64,000 nt of DNA from NCBI GenBank assembly GCA_038239685.1, contig JBBSEN010000004.1, positions 8,657 to 72,656 on the forward strand, in the 5' to 3' direction. Numbering within the stretch: the stretch's first letter is position 1; every line of letters starts with the position of its first letter. Below are positions 46,030-53,282 of the stretch, one piece after another. The notes below the pieces were generated by a model. It was not told the DNA's origin and did not search any database. It was given only the letters and a program-made list of their open reading frames with translations. The position numbers were made by a program, and so were the translations under genes. Source of the DNA: Candidatus Saccharimonadales bacterium. GTDB taxonomy: Bacteria > Patescibacteriota > Saccharimonadia > Saccharimonadales > UBA4665.

Positions 46030-46065
46030 CTTGGCTCCCCCAGTGGACGAGCTTCGAAACTTTAG
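46030..46065. repeat. Copy 3 of a ~36-nt intergenic motif
   Basis: cttggctcccccagtggacgagcttcgaaactttag. It overlaps the TAA stop of the 46062..46385 gene. Confidence 0.55.
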
Positions 46066-46385
46066 CGGGTCAATCGAGCGGCCACAGCGAATTGCATGAA
46101 GTAGCGATCCAGGCTTTGAATGGCTTGTTGTGAGGCATTACTATCGTTCACAATAGCCAAGAACTGTTCTTTGGAGCGAGCTACTTCCTTTGCTTTTGGT
46201 GATTTTGCTTTAGTTTGAGCTGAGATAGTAGCGTCAAAAAGTTCTAAGGCTCGGGCGATCGCCAGATTATTTGGATCAGCCTGATGTTTAAACGACCTAC
46301 CAACTTCACTATATATATTGCCCATCTGATTAAATATATCTAACTTTGCCCACCGGTCTTTGTCGATTGTATAGTTGTCACTCAT
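46062..46385 (-). CDS. Hypothetical protein (107 aa)
   Basis: An ORF translationally coupled to the upstream gene (4-nt overlap). AT-rich composition. Confidence 0.5.
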   Translation of the reverse strand: MSDNYTIDKDRWAKLDIFNQMGNIYSEVGRSFKHQADPNNLAIARALELFDATISAQTKAKSPKAKEVARSKEQFLAIVNDSNASQQAIQSLDRYFMQFAVAARLTR

Positions 46386-46741
46386 GCTGTAACTTTCTGT
46401 GCTACCAGGCTAATAATACTCTGTTGAATGGTCTCGTCTTCTACACTTCTTGACATGTTTTGCTGTCGTGGGCGAATGTTAATCATCGAATCAAATTCAA
46501 CGAATTCATCTGTGCCAAATTTGGCGGGGTATAAGTTTATGCCCCATAAATCAGATTGTTTTGAGCCCTGCTCTAATAAATATGCCTCTTCATCGGCGTG
46601 CATTTCCGCATCAATTACCATACTATTTTGTGCCAAATCAACCACGGCTTTCACTAGATTGCCATACATATTTTCAGCCATTGCTTGCAGCTCAGAAACA
46701 GTGATTATATCTACGACTTTCATTACAGTTAAGTATATCAA
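46382..46741 (-). CDS. Hypothetical protein (possibly DUF5674-like)
   Basis: The tracked start is a TTG. An ATG at 46723 (MKVVDIITVSELQ...) sits 8 nt after a TATACT box and is the more likely start. Confidence 0.5.
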   Translation of the reverse strand: MIYLTVMKVVDIITVSELQAMAENMYGNLVKAVVDLAQNSMVIDAEMHADEEAYLLEQGSKQSDLWGINLYPAKFGTDEFVEFDSMINIRPRQQNMSRSVEDETIQQSIISLVAQKVTA

Positions 46742-46770
46742 AACAAAAAGACTTCAGATGAAGTCTTTTA
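46741..46770 (-). terminator. Putative intrinsic terminator (minus-strand orientation)
   Basis: A 6-bp stem gacttc/gaagtc (46750-46755 and 46760-46765) with a 4-nt loop. On the minus strand it is followed by TTTTTGTTTT. The stem is weak. Confidence 0.35.
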
Positions 46771-46782
46771 CGCATTAGTATC

Positions 46783-46810
46783 TTGGCTCCGGGGACTGGA
46801 TTCGAACCAG
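46783..46810. repeat. 28-bp duplicate of the 3' end of tRNA-Asn (att-like)
   Basis: ttggctccggggactggattcgaaccag is identical to 47930..47957, the 3' acceptor strand plus part of the T-arm of the tRNA-Asn gene. Confidence 0.85.
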
Positions 46811-46902
46811 GTATTTGTGCCACCTAAATTTTAGGCCCGCTTACTTTAGCTTACCTCTGTAAAATGTCAAAATTATTAATAATAATGTGTTATAATGGGA
46901 GT

Positions 46903-47079
46903 ATGAATAAAGCAATCTCCAAACGGACAAAAATTGTAAAGCGAGCCGTCGCAAATGAGCGACTTGAAGGCTTAAGAGTATCTAAAGATTCACGCAAAAT
47001 CGCAGATAACTACATAACCGGCAAGGCATCCGCCAAACAAGCAGCCAATAAAATACGAGCGCGCTACGGAGTTTTGTAG
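46903..47079 (+). CDS. VbhA-like antitoxin of the Fic toxin
   Basis: A 58-aa protein MNKAISKRTKIVKRAVANERLEGL... with an ERLEG motif resembling the (S/T)xxxE(G/N) Fic-inhibitory helix. GGGAG lies upstream of the ATG at 46903. Its stop overlaps the fic start. Confidence 0.6.
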   Translation: MNKAISKRTKIVKRAVANERLEGLRVSKDSRKIADNYITGKASAKQAANKIRARYGVL

Positions 47080-47681
47080 TGGACGATTTCGTCGATCCGT
47101 ATTTCGACGAATCCATAAGCGACCTACGAAACTTATTAGGAGCAAAGTCATCTGAAGAATTGCGTAAGCTGGAACCCCAGATAGTCTTTGCTAACGAGCT
47201 TGAACTTGAGTCAATACATATACCACGCACGAATGATTTGAATGAACTACTGCATATTCATGCGCAGTTGTTTAAGGACGTTTATGATTGGGCTGGCCAG
47301 ATCCGCACGGTAGATATAAAAAAGAACGATGATAGTGCAGAATATTTCCTGATTGTAAGCAAAATAGCCGATGCATCAAACTATGTATTCGGAGAACTTG
47401 CAAAGCAGGATAATCTTAAGGCCTTATTGGTCGACGAGTTTATTGAGAGGCTTGCTTACTTCTATGATCAGCTCAACTATATTCATCCGTTTCGCGAAGG
47501 AAATGGAAGAGCACAGCGTATTTTTTGGACTAGGGTTGCACATGGTGCAGGTTATGAAATTAATTGGGACGAAATTGTCGGCGATGAAAATGACGAAGCA
47601 TCAAGGCTTGCAGCCGAAAAACTTGACCTATCAGCACTAAGAGAAATGTTTACAAAAATAGTAAAACCGCTACAGAAGTAG
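47079..47681 (+). CDS. fic: Fic/DOC family protein (AMPylase-type toxin)
   Basis: Canonical Fic motif HPFREGNGRAQR (HxFx[D/E]GNGRxxR). 200 aa, GTG start. Confidence 0.85.
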   Translation: MDDFVDPYFDESISDLRNLLGAKSSEELRKLEPQIVFANELELESIHIPRTNDLNELLHIHAQLFKDVYDWAGQIRTVDIKKNDDSAEYFLIVSKIADASNYVFGELAKQDNLKALLVDEFIERLAYFYDQLNYIHPFREGNGRAQRIFWTRVAHGAGYEINWDEIVGDENDEASRLAAEKLDLSALREMFTKIVKPLQK

Positions 47682-47929
47682 AGTGGCCGGTCACGGAACC
47701 CGGTCGGCTTTCACGCTGCTTGGTTGCCTCAGTGATGACTGGTTAGTTCCAGAACCAAATAACAGAGACAAACAAATTTTCTGAGGTCTCTTTTCTGGTT
47801 CCAACAAACACATAACGTAATTCAAATTTAGAGAAACTGGACTCGAACTGGCTAACAGATAAGAAGTTGTTTGACAAAAATAAGAAAACCAGGTCTAGGA
47901 ATCCGGTCTACCTCTGTTGGTGCTTGGTT

Positions 47930-48004
47930 TGGCTCCGGGGACTGGATTCGAACCAGCGACCTAGGCGTTAACAGCGCCCCGCTCTACCGCTGAGCTACCC
48001 CGGA
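47930..48004 (-). tRNA. tRNA-Asn (anticodon GTT), CCA encoded
   Basis: Hand-folded cloverleaf: acceptor UCCGGGG/CCCCGGA, D arm GCUC-AGCGGUA-GAGC, anticodon arm GGGCG-CUGUUAA-CGCCU, variable loop AGGUC, T arm GCUGG-UUCGAAU-CCAGU, discriminator G, CCA. Confidence 0.9.
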
Positions 48005-48058
48005 TTATAGGTGAGAACTTGGGCAATTATACGACAAAGGCGTAAGGTGTGGCAACCG

Positions 48059-48523
48059 TTAGCGGCGGTCTTTGACGGCGGCAGCCGCGCGGCGGGCGTC
48101 GTCGCGGGCCTTGAGGGTCTGGCGTTTGTCGTAGCGTTTCTTGCCGCGGCCGATGGAAATGCGCAGCTTGATGTAGCGGCCGCCGGTCAGGATTTCTAGC
48201 GGTACGATGGTTTTGCCCTGTTGTTTGCCGGCGATCAGGTCGGCGATTTCGCGGCGTTTGGCCAGCAGCTTGCGGGCGCGTGTCTGTGTAGCCTCATCGA
48301 TTGGAATGCCGCTGGTGCCGGAGATGGTGGCGTTGATCAGGTAGAGCTCGTCTGACTTGACCGTCACGTAGGCGCCGCGTAGCTGGCCGTGGCCCATGCG
48401 CAGGGCCTTGGTCTCGGCGCCGGTCAGTTCCAGGCCCACCACTAAGGAGTCGCCGAGCTCGTAATCGTGAATAGCGCGGCGGTTGGTGATGCGTTTGGGC
48501 TGGTTAAACTTCTTCTTAGCCAT
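48059..48523 (-). CDS. smpB: SsrA-binding protein
   Basis: NRRAIHDYELGDSLVVGLELTGAETKALR...YVTVKSDELYLINATISG...RKLLAKRREI is full-length SmpB-like. Confidence 0.9.
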   Translation of the reverse strand: MAKKKFNQPKRITNRRAIHDYELGDSLVVGLELTGAETKALRMGHGQLRGAYVTVKSDELYLINATISGTSGIPIDEATQTRARKLLAKRREIADLIAGKQQGKTIVPLEILTGGRYIKLRISIGRGKKRYDKRQTLKARDDARRAAAAVKDRR

Positions 48524-48556
48524 GGGTGATAGTATGACCTAACTTCGGCCGTGACG

Positions 48557-49645
48557 CTACTGCTTGGCCATAAATTCTTGGCGGGCGACGTTCATAAGGC
48601 TGGGATCGTGCAGTACTTGCTGGCGGTAGTACCAGTATTCAGCGCCCCAGAGGTCGATTTGCTTCATGCCGGTGGCTTTACCGTATTGGAAACGGGCTTG
48701 GAGGCGTTTAGCATTAATGGATTTGTTCTGCTCGGCCAGGCTGGTCTGGGTGATCTGTTTGCCATTTGGCGGCCAGGCTTCGGCCTGCAGCTCGTCAATT
48801 ACCATATTCTTGTGCAGGAAGAGCTTCTGGGTGCCGGCCAGGAAGCCGTAGAACCAGGCTGGTTGCGGGTACTCCAGGTAGCGGTGCGAGAAACCGGCGT
48901 CCCAAACGCGCTTGTAGACTGAGATGCCGAACTCGTCTGGCTGTGGCTGCCCGACTGGGAAACCGAGGCTGTTATTGCTGCGGGCGACGATGATGGGATG
49001 CTTAGGATCGAGCTTTTTGACTAGGTTGTACTCGTCGATCAGGCGCTGGCGGCCGAAGTTGGTGCAGATGCCGAAACCTTTGAGGAAGTATTCGTTCTCG
49101 ACCTGGTAGCTCTGTAGGCTAGGTGAATTTTTGTAGCGCTGCACGACCTTTTGCATGAAATTTTTTAGCTGCGGCTGCCACTGCATGGCGGTCTGGTTGA
49201 GGTCGACCCAGCCGGGGGCATGGCACTCCGGCCAGCGCGGTTGTCTGAGACCGACGGTGAGGATAATCTTGGCGTGGGCGGCTTCGGCTTTATGGAATTC
49301 CCAATCGAGCTGGCTGAAGTCGTACTGGCCCGGGTTGGGCTCGCCATCGCTCCAGTAGCTAACTAGGCGGAATTGCTTGACGCCGATACCCAACAAGGCG
49401 TCCATGGTCTGGTGGGGATCGACGCCGAGACTCTGGGCATAGTCGGGGATGAAGCTGACGCCCATTTGCAGCGGCTGCCCAGCCTGGGCGTGGATGTACC
49501 ACTGGGCGATGCCATACATGGCGCTGGTTACCAGGAAGACAATGATCACGATGACGCTAACCAGTTTGTGCCAGAAGTTGCGGCGCCAGTAGCGTTTTAA
49601 GCTGTTTGCCAGCCGCTTGGGGTAGGATAATGGGCGGTTTGTCAT
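48557..49645 (-). CDS. Membrane-anchored TIM-barrel glycoside hydrolase-like protein (clan GH-A)
   Basis: N-terminal TM, and YQVENEYF with a candidate acid/base Glu in an NE(Y/P) context. The family is not resolved. Confidence 0.5.
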   Translation of the reverse strand: MTNRPLSYPKRLANSLKRYWRRNFWHKLVSVIVIIVFLVTSAMYGIAQWYIHAQAGQPLQMGVSFIPDYAQSLGVDPHQTMDALLGIGVKQFRLVSYWSDGEPNPGQYDFSQLDWEFHKAEAAHAKIILTVGLRQPRWPECHAPGWVDLNQTAMQWQPQLKNFMQKVVQRYKNSPSLQSYQVENEYFLKGFGICTNFGRQRLIDEYNLVKKLDPKHPIIVARSNNSLGFPVGQPQPDEFGISVYKRVWDAGFSHRYLEYPQPAWFYGFLAGTQKLFLHKNMVIDELQAEAWPPNGKQITQTSLAEQNKSINAKRLQARFQYGKATGMKQIDLWGAEYWYYRQQVLHDPSLMNVARQEFMAKQ

Positions 49646-49666
49646 ATAATAGTATAAGAAGTTCTA

Positions 49667-50506
49667 ATGAAAATCAGCCTTGTCATCCCAGTATACAACG
49701 AAGCCGATCACCTGGCGGCCTGCCTGCAGGCGATTGCCCGGCAAACCTGGCGGCCCCACGAAGTGATCGTAGTTGATAATAACTCCTCTGATGGCACGGC
49801 GGTAATCGCCGAGGCTTTTGATTTCGTGACAGTTCTTCGCGAGCCGCGGCAAGGCGTGGTGCATGCCCGCAATCGCGGCTTCAATGCTGCCAGCGGCGAC
49901 ATTATCGGCCGGATTGACGCTGACACGCTGCTGCCACCAAGCTGGATAGCCCAGGTCCAAAACATTTTCAAGGACCAATCCGTGACGGCGGTTTCTGGCG
50001 CGCCGCATTATTATGATTTCGCCTTGGCTGGCGTAGCCGATGCCATCGACATATACATGAGAGACCGTCTGGCCCGCAAGCTGGGAGATACCAACTTTCT
50101 CTGGGGCGCCAATATGGCGGTTCGCCGTTCAGCTTGGCTCGATATTCGTCAATTTCTTTGCAACCAGGCCGGTATGCACGAAGATTTTGACCTCGGCCTG
50201 CACTTGCAAGCATCCGGTTTGCGGGTAGCTTACGACGAGCAATTAGTCGCCGGCGTATCGTCACGACGAATTGACAGTGGCTGGCTGGCCTATGCCCGTT
50301 ATACGCTAGCCAGCCCACGCACCTATGCCCTGCACCGCTTGCGTAGTCGTCGCCACATGTACCCGGTGATTATAGTTTGTTGGCTGGCTTACCTGCCTGG
50401 ACGGATGGTTTATCGCGGTTATAATCCTGCGACCGGCGTGTTTTCGCTCACTAGTTTGCTGACACCCACGTCGCAAAGAGTCGACCCTACTGTTCATGTA
50501 ATCTAA
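49667..50506 (+). CDS. Family 2 glycosyltransferase
   Basis: ISLVIPVYNEADHLAACLQAIARQTWRPHEVIVVDNNSSDGT, then GRIDADT (DxD). Confidence 0.8.
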   Translation: MKISLVIPVYNEADHLAACLQAIARQTWRPHEVIVVDNNSSDGTAVIAEAFDFVTVLREPRQGVVHARNRGFNAASGDIIGRIDADTLLPPSWIAQVQNIFKDQSVTAVSGAPHYYDFALAGVADAIDIYMRDRLARKLGDTNFLWGANMAVRRSAWLDIRQFLCNQAGMHEDFDLGLHLQASGLRVAYDEQLVAGVSSRRIDSGWLAYARYTLASPRTYALHRLRSRRHMYPVIIVCWLAYLPGRMVYRGYNPATGVFSLTSLLTPTSQRVDPTVHVI

Positions 50507-51090
50507 GCCGCCTCGTTCATCTTATAGCCGCCATCGTCACTTGGTGTCGGGTGGCAGTTAGCCCAGAGGCCCTTATGGGCGGCTATGGCGGCCTGCTCAT
50601 CGGCCGCGAATTGCTGGGACTTGCTAAATGGAAAGTACGGATAATAGAAACCGTAACCCTCTTGGACGAGCTTTTCGTTTAGGTTGGTGCCATCCGGCAG
50701 GTAGACGTAGCGCAGTAGCCGGTCGTAACGGTCGCGGTCAGTGCTGAGCGAGTCGGATACTAAGCGAACTTTTTGGGTGCCGATCGTATTCTTAGTGTAG
50801 GCCGCGGCGGCTGGGCCATAGCACTGCACCGGCGTGTTAGGCTTGTGGGTTTCCGGTGTATCGACACCGACAAAGCGCACCTTCTCGACCTTGCCATTCA
50901 TATTGACGGCGATAGTGTCGCCATCGACGAAGTGTGCGATGCTGTACAGCCCAGGTTGGTCGCGCTGGGCAGCCTGCCCAGGCTTGTTAAGCCACCCGGC
51001 CTGCTGGGCGGCGGTCAATAGCAAAGCAATTAGGACTAGGCAGACGGCCAGCCAGCCATGTACGCCGTGGTAGCGAAATCGGGGAGTCAT
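50503..51090 (-). CDS. Secreted thermonuclease (staphylococcal nuclease, SNase family)
   Basis: Signal/TM region, VDGDTIAV...VRFVGVDTPE, DRYDRLLRYVY and LNEKLVQEGY motifs. Confidence 0.8.
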   Translation of the reverse strand: MTPRFRYHGVHGWLAVCLVLIALLLTAAQQAGWLNKPGQAAQRDQPGLYSIAHFVDGDTIAVNMNGKVEKVRFVGVDTPETHKPNTPVQCYGPAAAAYTKNTIGTQKVRLVSDSLSTDRDRYDRLLRYVYLPDGTNLNEKLVQEGYGFYYPYFPFSKSQQFAADEQAAIAAHKGLWANCHPTPSDDGGYKMNEAA

Positions 51091-51091
51091 A

Positions 51092-51613
51092 CTACTTAAC
51101 TAAATCGATCACCGCTTGTCTGTCAAGTTTCGCCCCGTCTATTTTAATTGTTTTTTCATCTTCGGTCGGCGGCTCCAGCTTTGAGACTATGGCGTCGAAC
51201 TGCGTCTCACTCATACTTATTTGGTAGCCGTTTCGGCTGTCGGGCGTATTGACGGCGCGGGCCTTGGCTGTTTCTGCCGGCAGTTCAATCCAGGCCACGA
51301 TAGTTTCGGCGCCATGCCGATTAGCAATGTCACGCAACTTCTGCCGGTCGGCGTAGAAGTTAAAGTTAGTGTCAAAGACCACACTCTTGCCTGCCGCCAG
51401 CAGCTGCTCGGCTTGCTCGTTTAATTTGTCATACAATTCTATACTCTCTTGCTGCGAGTGCGTCGGCCGCCCGAACATTTTTTGGCGCTCCACGTCGGCC
51501 CAAATATGTACCGCGCCGGTCGTTTCGGCGATAATCTTCGAAACGGTTGTTTTGCCGGCACCAGGATAGCCAATTAACAGGTATAGTTTTGGTTTTGTCA
51601 TGCTGCCTACCAT
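51092..51613 (-). CDS. P-loop kinase/AAA-type ATPase (zeta-toxin or gluconate-kinase-like fold)
   Basis: Walker A motif GYPGAGKTT. The likely true start is the ATG at 51601 (MTKPKLYLLIG). Confidence 0.55.
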   Translation of the reverse strand: MVGSMTKPKLYLLIGYPGAGKTTVSKIIAETTGAVHIWADVERQKMFGRPTHSQQESIELYDKLNEQAEQLLAAGKSVVFDTNFNFYADRQKLRDIANRHGAETIVAWIELPAETAKARAVNTPDSRNGYQISMSETQFDAIVSKLEPPTEDEKTIKIDGAKLDRQAVIDLVK

Positions 51614-51625
51614 TGTAGCAAACCG

Positions 51626-52195
51626 TTAGTAATCAATACCCTTATTAGCCAGGAATTTATCGTCGAAATGGTGCTTGAGCTTGCGCATGTCAGTAGCGAT
51701 ATCAACCTCTTTAAGCAGCCTGTCCGGGAAATCGCGGCCGGTCAGGCAGAGGCTGGTTTTTGAGGCATGGCTGGTGATGAGGCTCTGGAGCTGTTTCTCT
51801 GTAATCAGTCCGTCATGCGCGGCGTTGTTGATTTCGTCGCAGATGACCAAGTCGTAGTCGCCGCTAGAAACCGCTTTTAGGGCTTCCTGGTAAGTTTCCA
51901 AGGCCGCCTGCTTATGTTGTTCTTCCGAGATATGCTGTTCGCTAAGATCACCAGCTTGATAAAATCCCTTGCCGCCTTTATAAAAAAATAGCTGGTCTTT
52001 AAAAAGTGGTCGGATATCCCGGATAAAAACATGCTCGCCGACGCCCCAATATTTAATGAACTGGAAAAAAGCCACTTTCGAGCGGTTGCCGAGCGCCCGC
52101 GTCATCAATCCAAGCGCTGCGCTGGTCTTACCCTTGCCTTCGCCGGTATAGACAATTACCACCGAATCCTTGGTCTTATAATCTTCAAACGCCAT
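51626..52195 (-). CDS. cobO: Cob(I)yrinic acid a,c-diamide adenosyltransferase family (CobO/BtuR-like) P-loop protein
   Basis: VIVYTGEGKGKTSAALGL...FFQFIK...YDLVICDEINNA is the characteristic family pattern. Confidence 0.65.
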   Translation of the reverse strand: MAFEDYKTKDSVVIVYTGEGKGKTSAALGLMTRALGNRSKVAFFQFIKYWGVGEHVFIRDIRPLFKDQLFFYKGGKGFYQAGDLSEQHISEEQHKQAALETYQEALKAVSSGDYDLVICDEINNAAHDGLITEKQLQSLITSHASKTSLCLTGRDFPDRLLKEVDIATDMRKLKHHFDDKFLANKGIDY

Positions 52196-52216
52196 GTACT
52201 ACAGTATAGCTGTAAC

Positions 52217-52477
52217 TTAGCTCAAGTGGTGGGTTTTGAGGGCATTGTCGATCTTGGGGCGGTCAAAGCCGACGATAATCTCGCCGCCGATGTCGATGAC
52301 GGGGATGCCTCGCTGTCCAGATTTGACAACGGCTTGAGTACCGGCTTCGGGGGTTTTTTCGACGTCTTTATCGGTGTATTTAACGCCTAATTTATCGAAG
52401 TAATCCTTGGCGGCGTGGCAGAACGCGCACCAGGTGGCGCTGTAGACAGTAACGGTGGCGGTTTTCGTATCGCTCAT
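52217..52477 (-). CDS. Glutaredoxin-like protein (NrdH/YruB type)
   Basis: VTVYSATWCAFCHAAKDYFDKLGVKY (CxxC) and GIPVIDIGGEIIVGF. Confidence 0.8.
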   Translation of the reverse strand: MSDTKTATVTVYSATWCAFCHAAKDYFDKLGVKYTDKDVEKTPEAGTQAVVKSGQRGIPVIDIGGEIIVGFDRPKIDNALKTHHLS

Positions 52478-52518
52478 ATACAGTAATTATATCACTATAC
52501 TTTGTAAAGTATCAAGCC

Positions 52519-52731
52519 TTAGCTATCATTTAAATCTAAAAACCTCGTCGAATCTTTCTTGGTGGCTTCACGGACTGCTTTCGGATAATTGCCGCCAACT
52601 TCTTTATGGAGAACATACCTGATGTATTCTGAGCGGGACATGTAGCGGTCCTTGGCCGCCTGGTCAACCTCGACTAGCAATTCCTCCGGTATTGTAAAGT
52701 GGATGTCTTTTAATAGTTTCCAAAGTACCAT
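52519..52731 (-). CDS. Ribbon-helix-helix (CopG/MetJ-type) DNA-binding protein
   Basis: IHFTIPEELLVEVDQAAKDRYMSRSEYIRYVL is a classic RHH pattern. The ATG at 52731 is preceded by AAGGAG (52736-52741). The tracked GTG start at 52752 is less likely. Confidence 0.65.
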   Translation of the reverse strand: MVLWKLLKDIHFTIPEELLVEVDQAAKDRYMSRSEYIRYVLHKEVGGNYPKAVREATKKDSTRFLDLNDS

Positions 52732-52773
52732 GCTTCTCCTTGCCAACCCCACATTCCTTACTCTAGTTTGAGT

Positions 52774-52852
52774 CCCCGTCCAATTATGGATGGTTCATGG
52801 ATGTGTGCTGATCTGTTAGATGTATCCTCATTCTATCCATAATTGGACGGGG
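52774..52852. repeat. Perfect 18-bp inverted repeat with a 43-nt spacer
   Basis: ccccgtccaattatggat (52774-52791) and atccataattggacgggg (52835-52852). It lies between the RHH gene start and the atp promoter. Confidence 0.85.
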
Positions 52853-52926
52853 GTCAATTGTGGGCAGGCTTTTGTGGCTAGATTTAATAACTAGTTAATT
52901 GTTAAGCCGGCCGAGCGTGTCGACGG

Positions 52927-52956
52927 TTGCGTGAGATAGATCACATCTGTTATAAT
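52927..52956 (+). promoter_or_regulatory. Putative sigma70-type promoter of the atp operon (near-leaderless)
   Basis: TTGCGT (52927-52932), an 18-nt spacer, then a consensus TATAAT (52951-52956). The atpZ ATG is at 52965 with no SD in between. Confidence 0.5.
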
Positions 52957-52964
52957 TATAGGGA

Positions 52965-53282
52965 ATGAAGCAGACGACCGCGCCGCGCACGACGCCCTCG
53001 CCCAAAGGTGGAGAAAAACAGCCAATTGCGGCGGTGAACAGTGCCAAAAACCCCAAGACTGAATTCTTGATGGCTGCCCTGTCTATGAGCTGGCAATTAG
53101 CTATCGTGGTGCTGGTACCGATCATCGGCGGCTTTGAGCTGGACCAGAAGCTCAACACGCTGCCGGCGCTGACTATTGTCGGTTTCTTAGTAGCGATGGC
53201 TGGCATGGGCGCGGTAGTGTGGCGGCAGTTGCAGATCTTCAGCCCGCCCGTCACCACTCCGTCTAAGGGACATCGTTCATGA
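52965..53282 (+). CDS. atpZ: ATP synthase accessory protein AtpZ/AtpI
   Basis: A small protein with two TM helices (WQLAIVVLVPIIGGF, LTIVGFLVAMAGMGAVV) immediately upstream of atpB. Confidence 0.7.
   Translation: MKQTTAPRTTPSPKGGEKQPIAAVNSAKNPKTEFLMAALSMSWQLAIVVLVPIIGGFELDQKLNTLPALTIVGFLVAMAGMGAVVWRQLQIFSPPVTTPSKGHRS

Larger units (their letters stand above)
46783..47929. mobile_element. About 1.15-kb islet at tRNA-Asn carrying a Fic/VbhA-like toxin-antitoxin pair (integrative-element remnant, no integrase)
   Basis: It is bounded by the tRNA-Asn 3' end and its 28-bp direct repeat. A degenerate third T-arm-like fragment lies at 47835-47851. Cargo is the two TA genes plus ~250 bp of non-coding DNA. 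Confidence 0.5.

Noticed and set aside
46030-46065. Reading motif copy 3 (ttggctcc...ttcgaa...) as a second tRNA gene or pseudo-tRNA
   Set aside because: It cannot be folded into a cloverleaf. There is no complementary T-stem around TTCGAA and no 5' acceptor strand upstream. Only short strings are shared with tRNA-Asn.
47682-47929. Possible tmRNA (ssrA) next to smpB
   Set aside because: I found no tRNA-Ala-like acceptor (GGGG... 5' end pairing with a ...CCACCA 3' end) and no plausible tag ORF on either strand. The only tRNA-like piece here is a degenerate tRNA-Asn T-arm fragment (47835-47851).
51626-52195. The CobO-like adenosyltransferase as evidence for a cobalamin pathway
   Set aside because: It is a single P-loop gene with no other cob, cbi or btu genes in the window. 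The family assignment rests on motifs only, so no pathway inference is justified.
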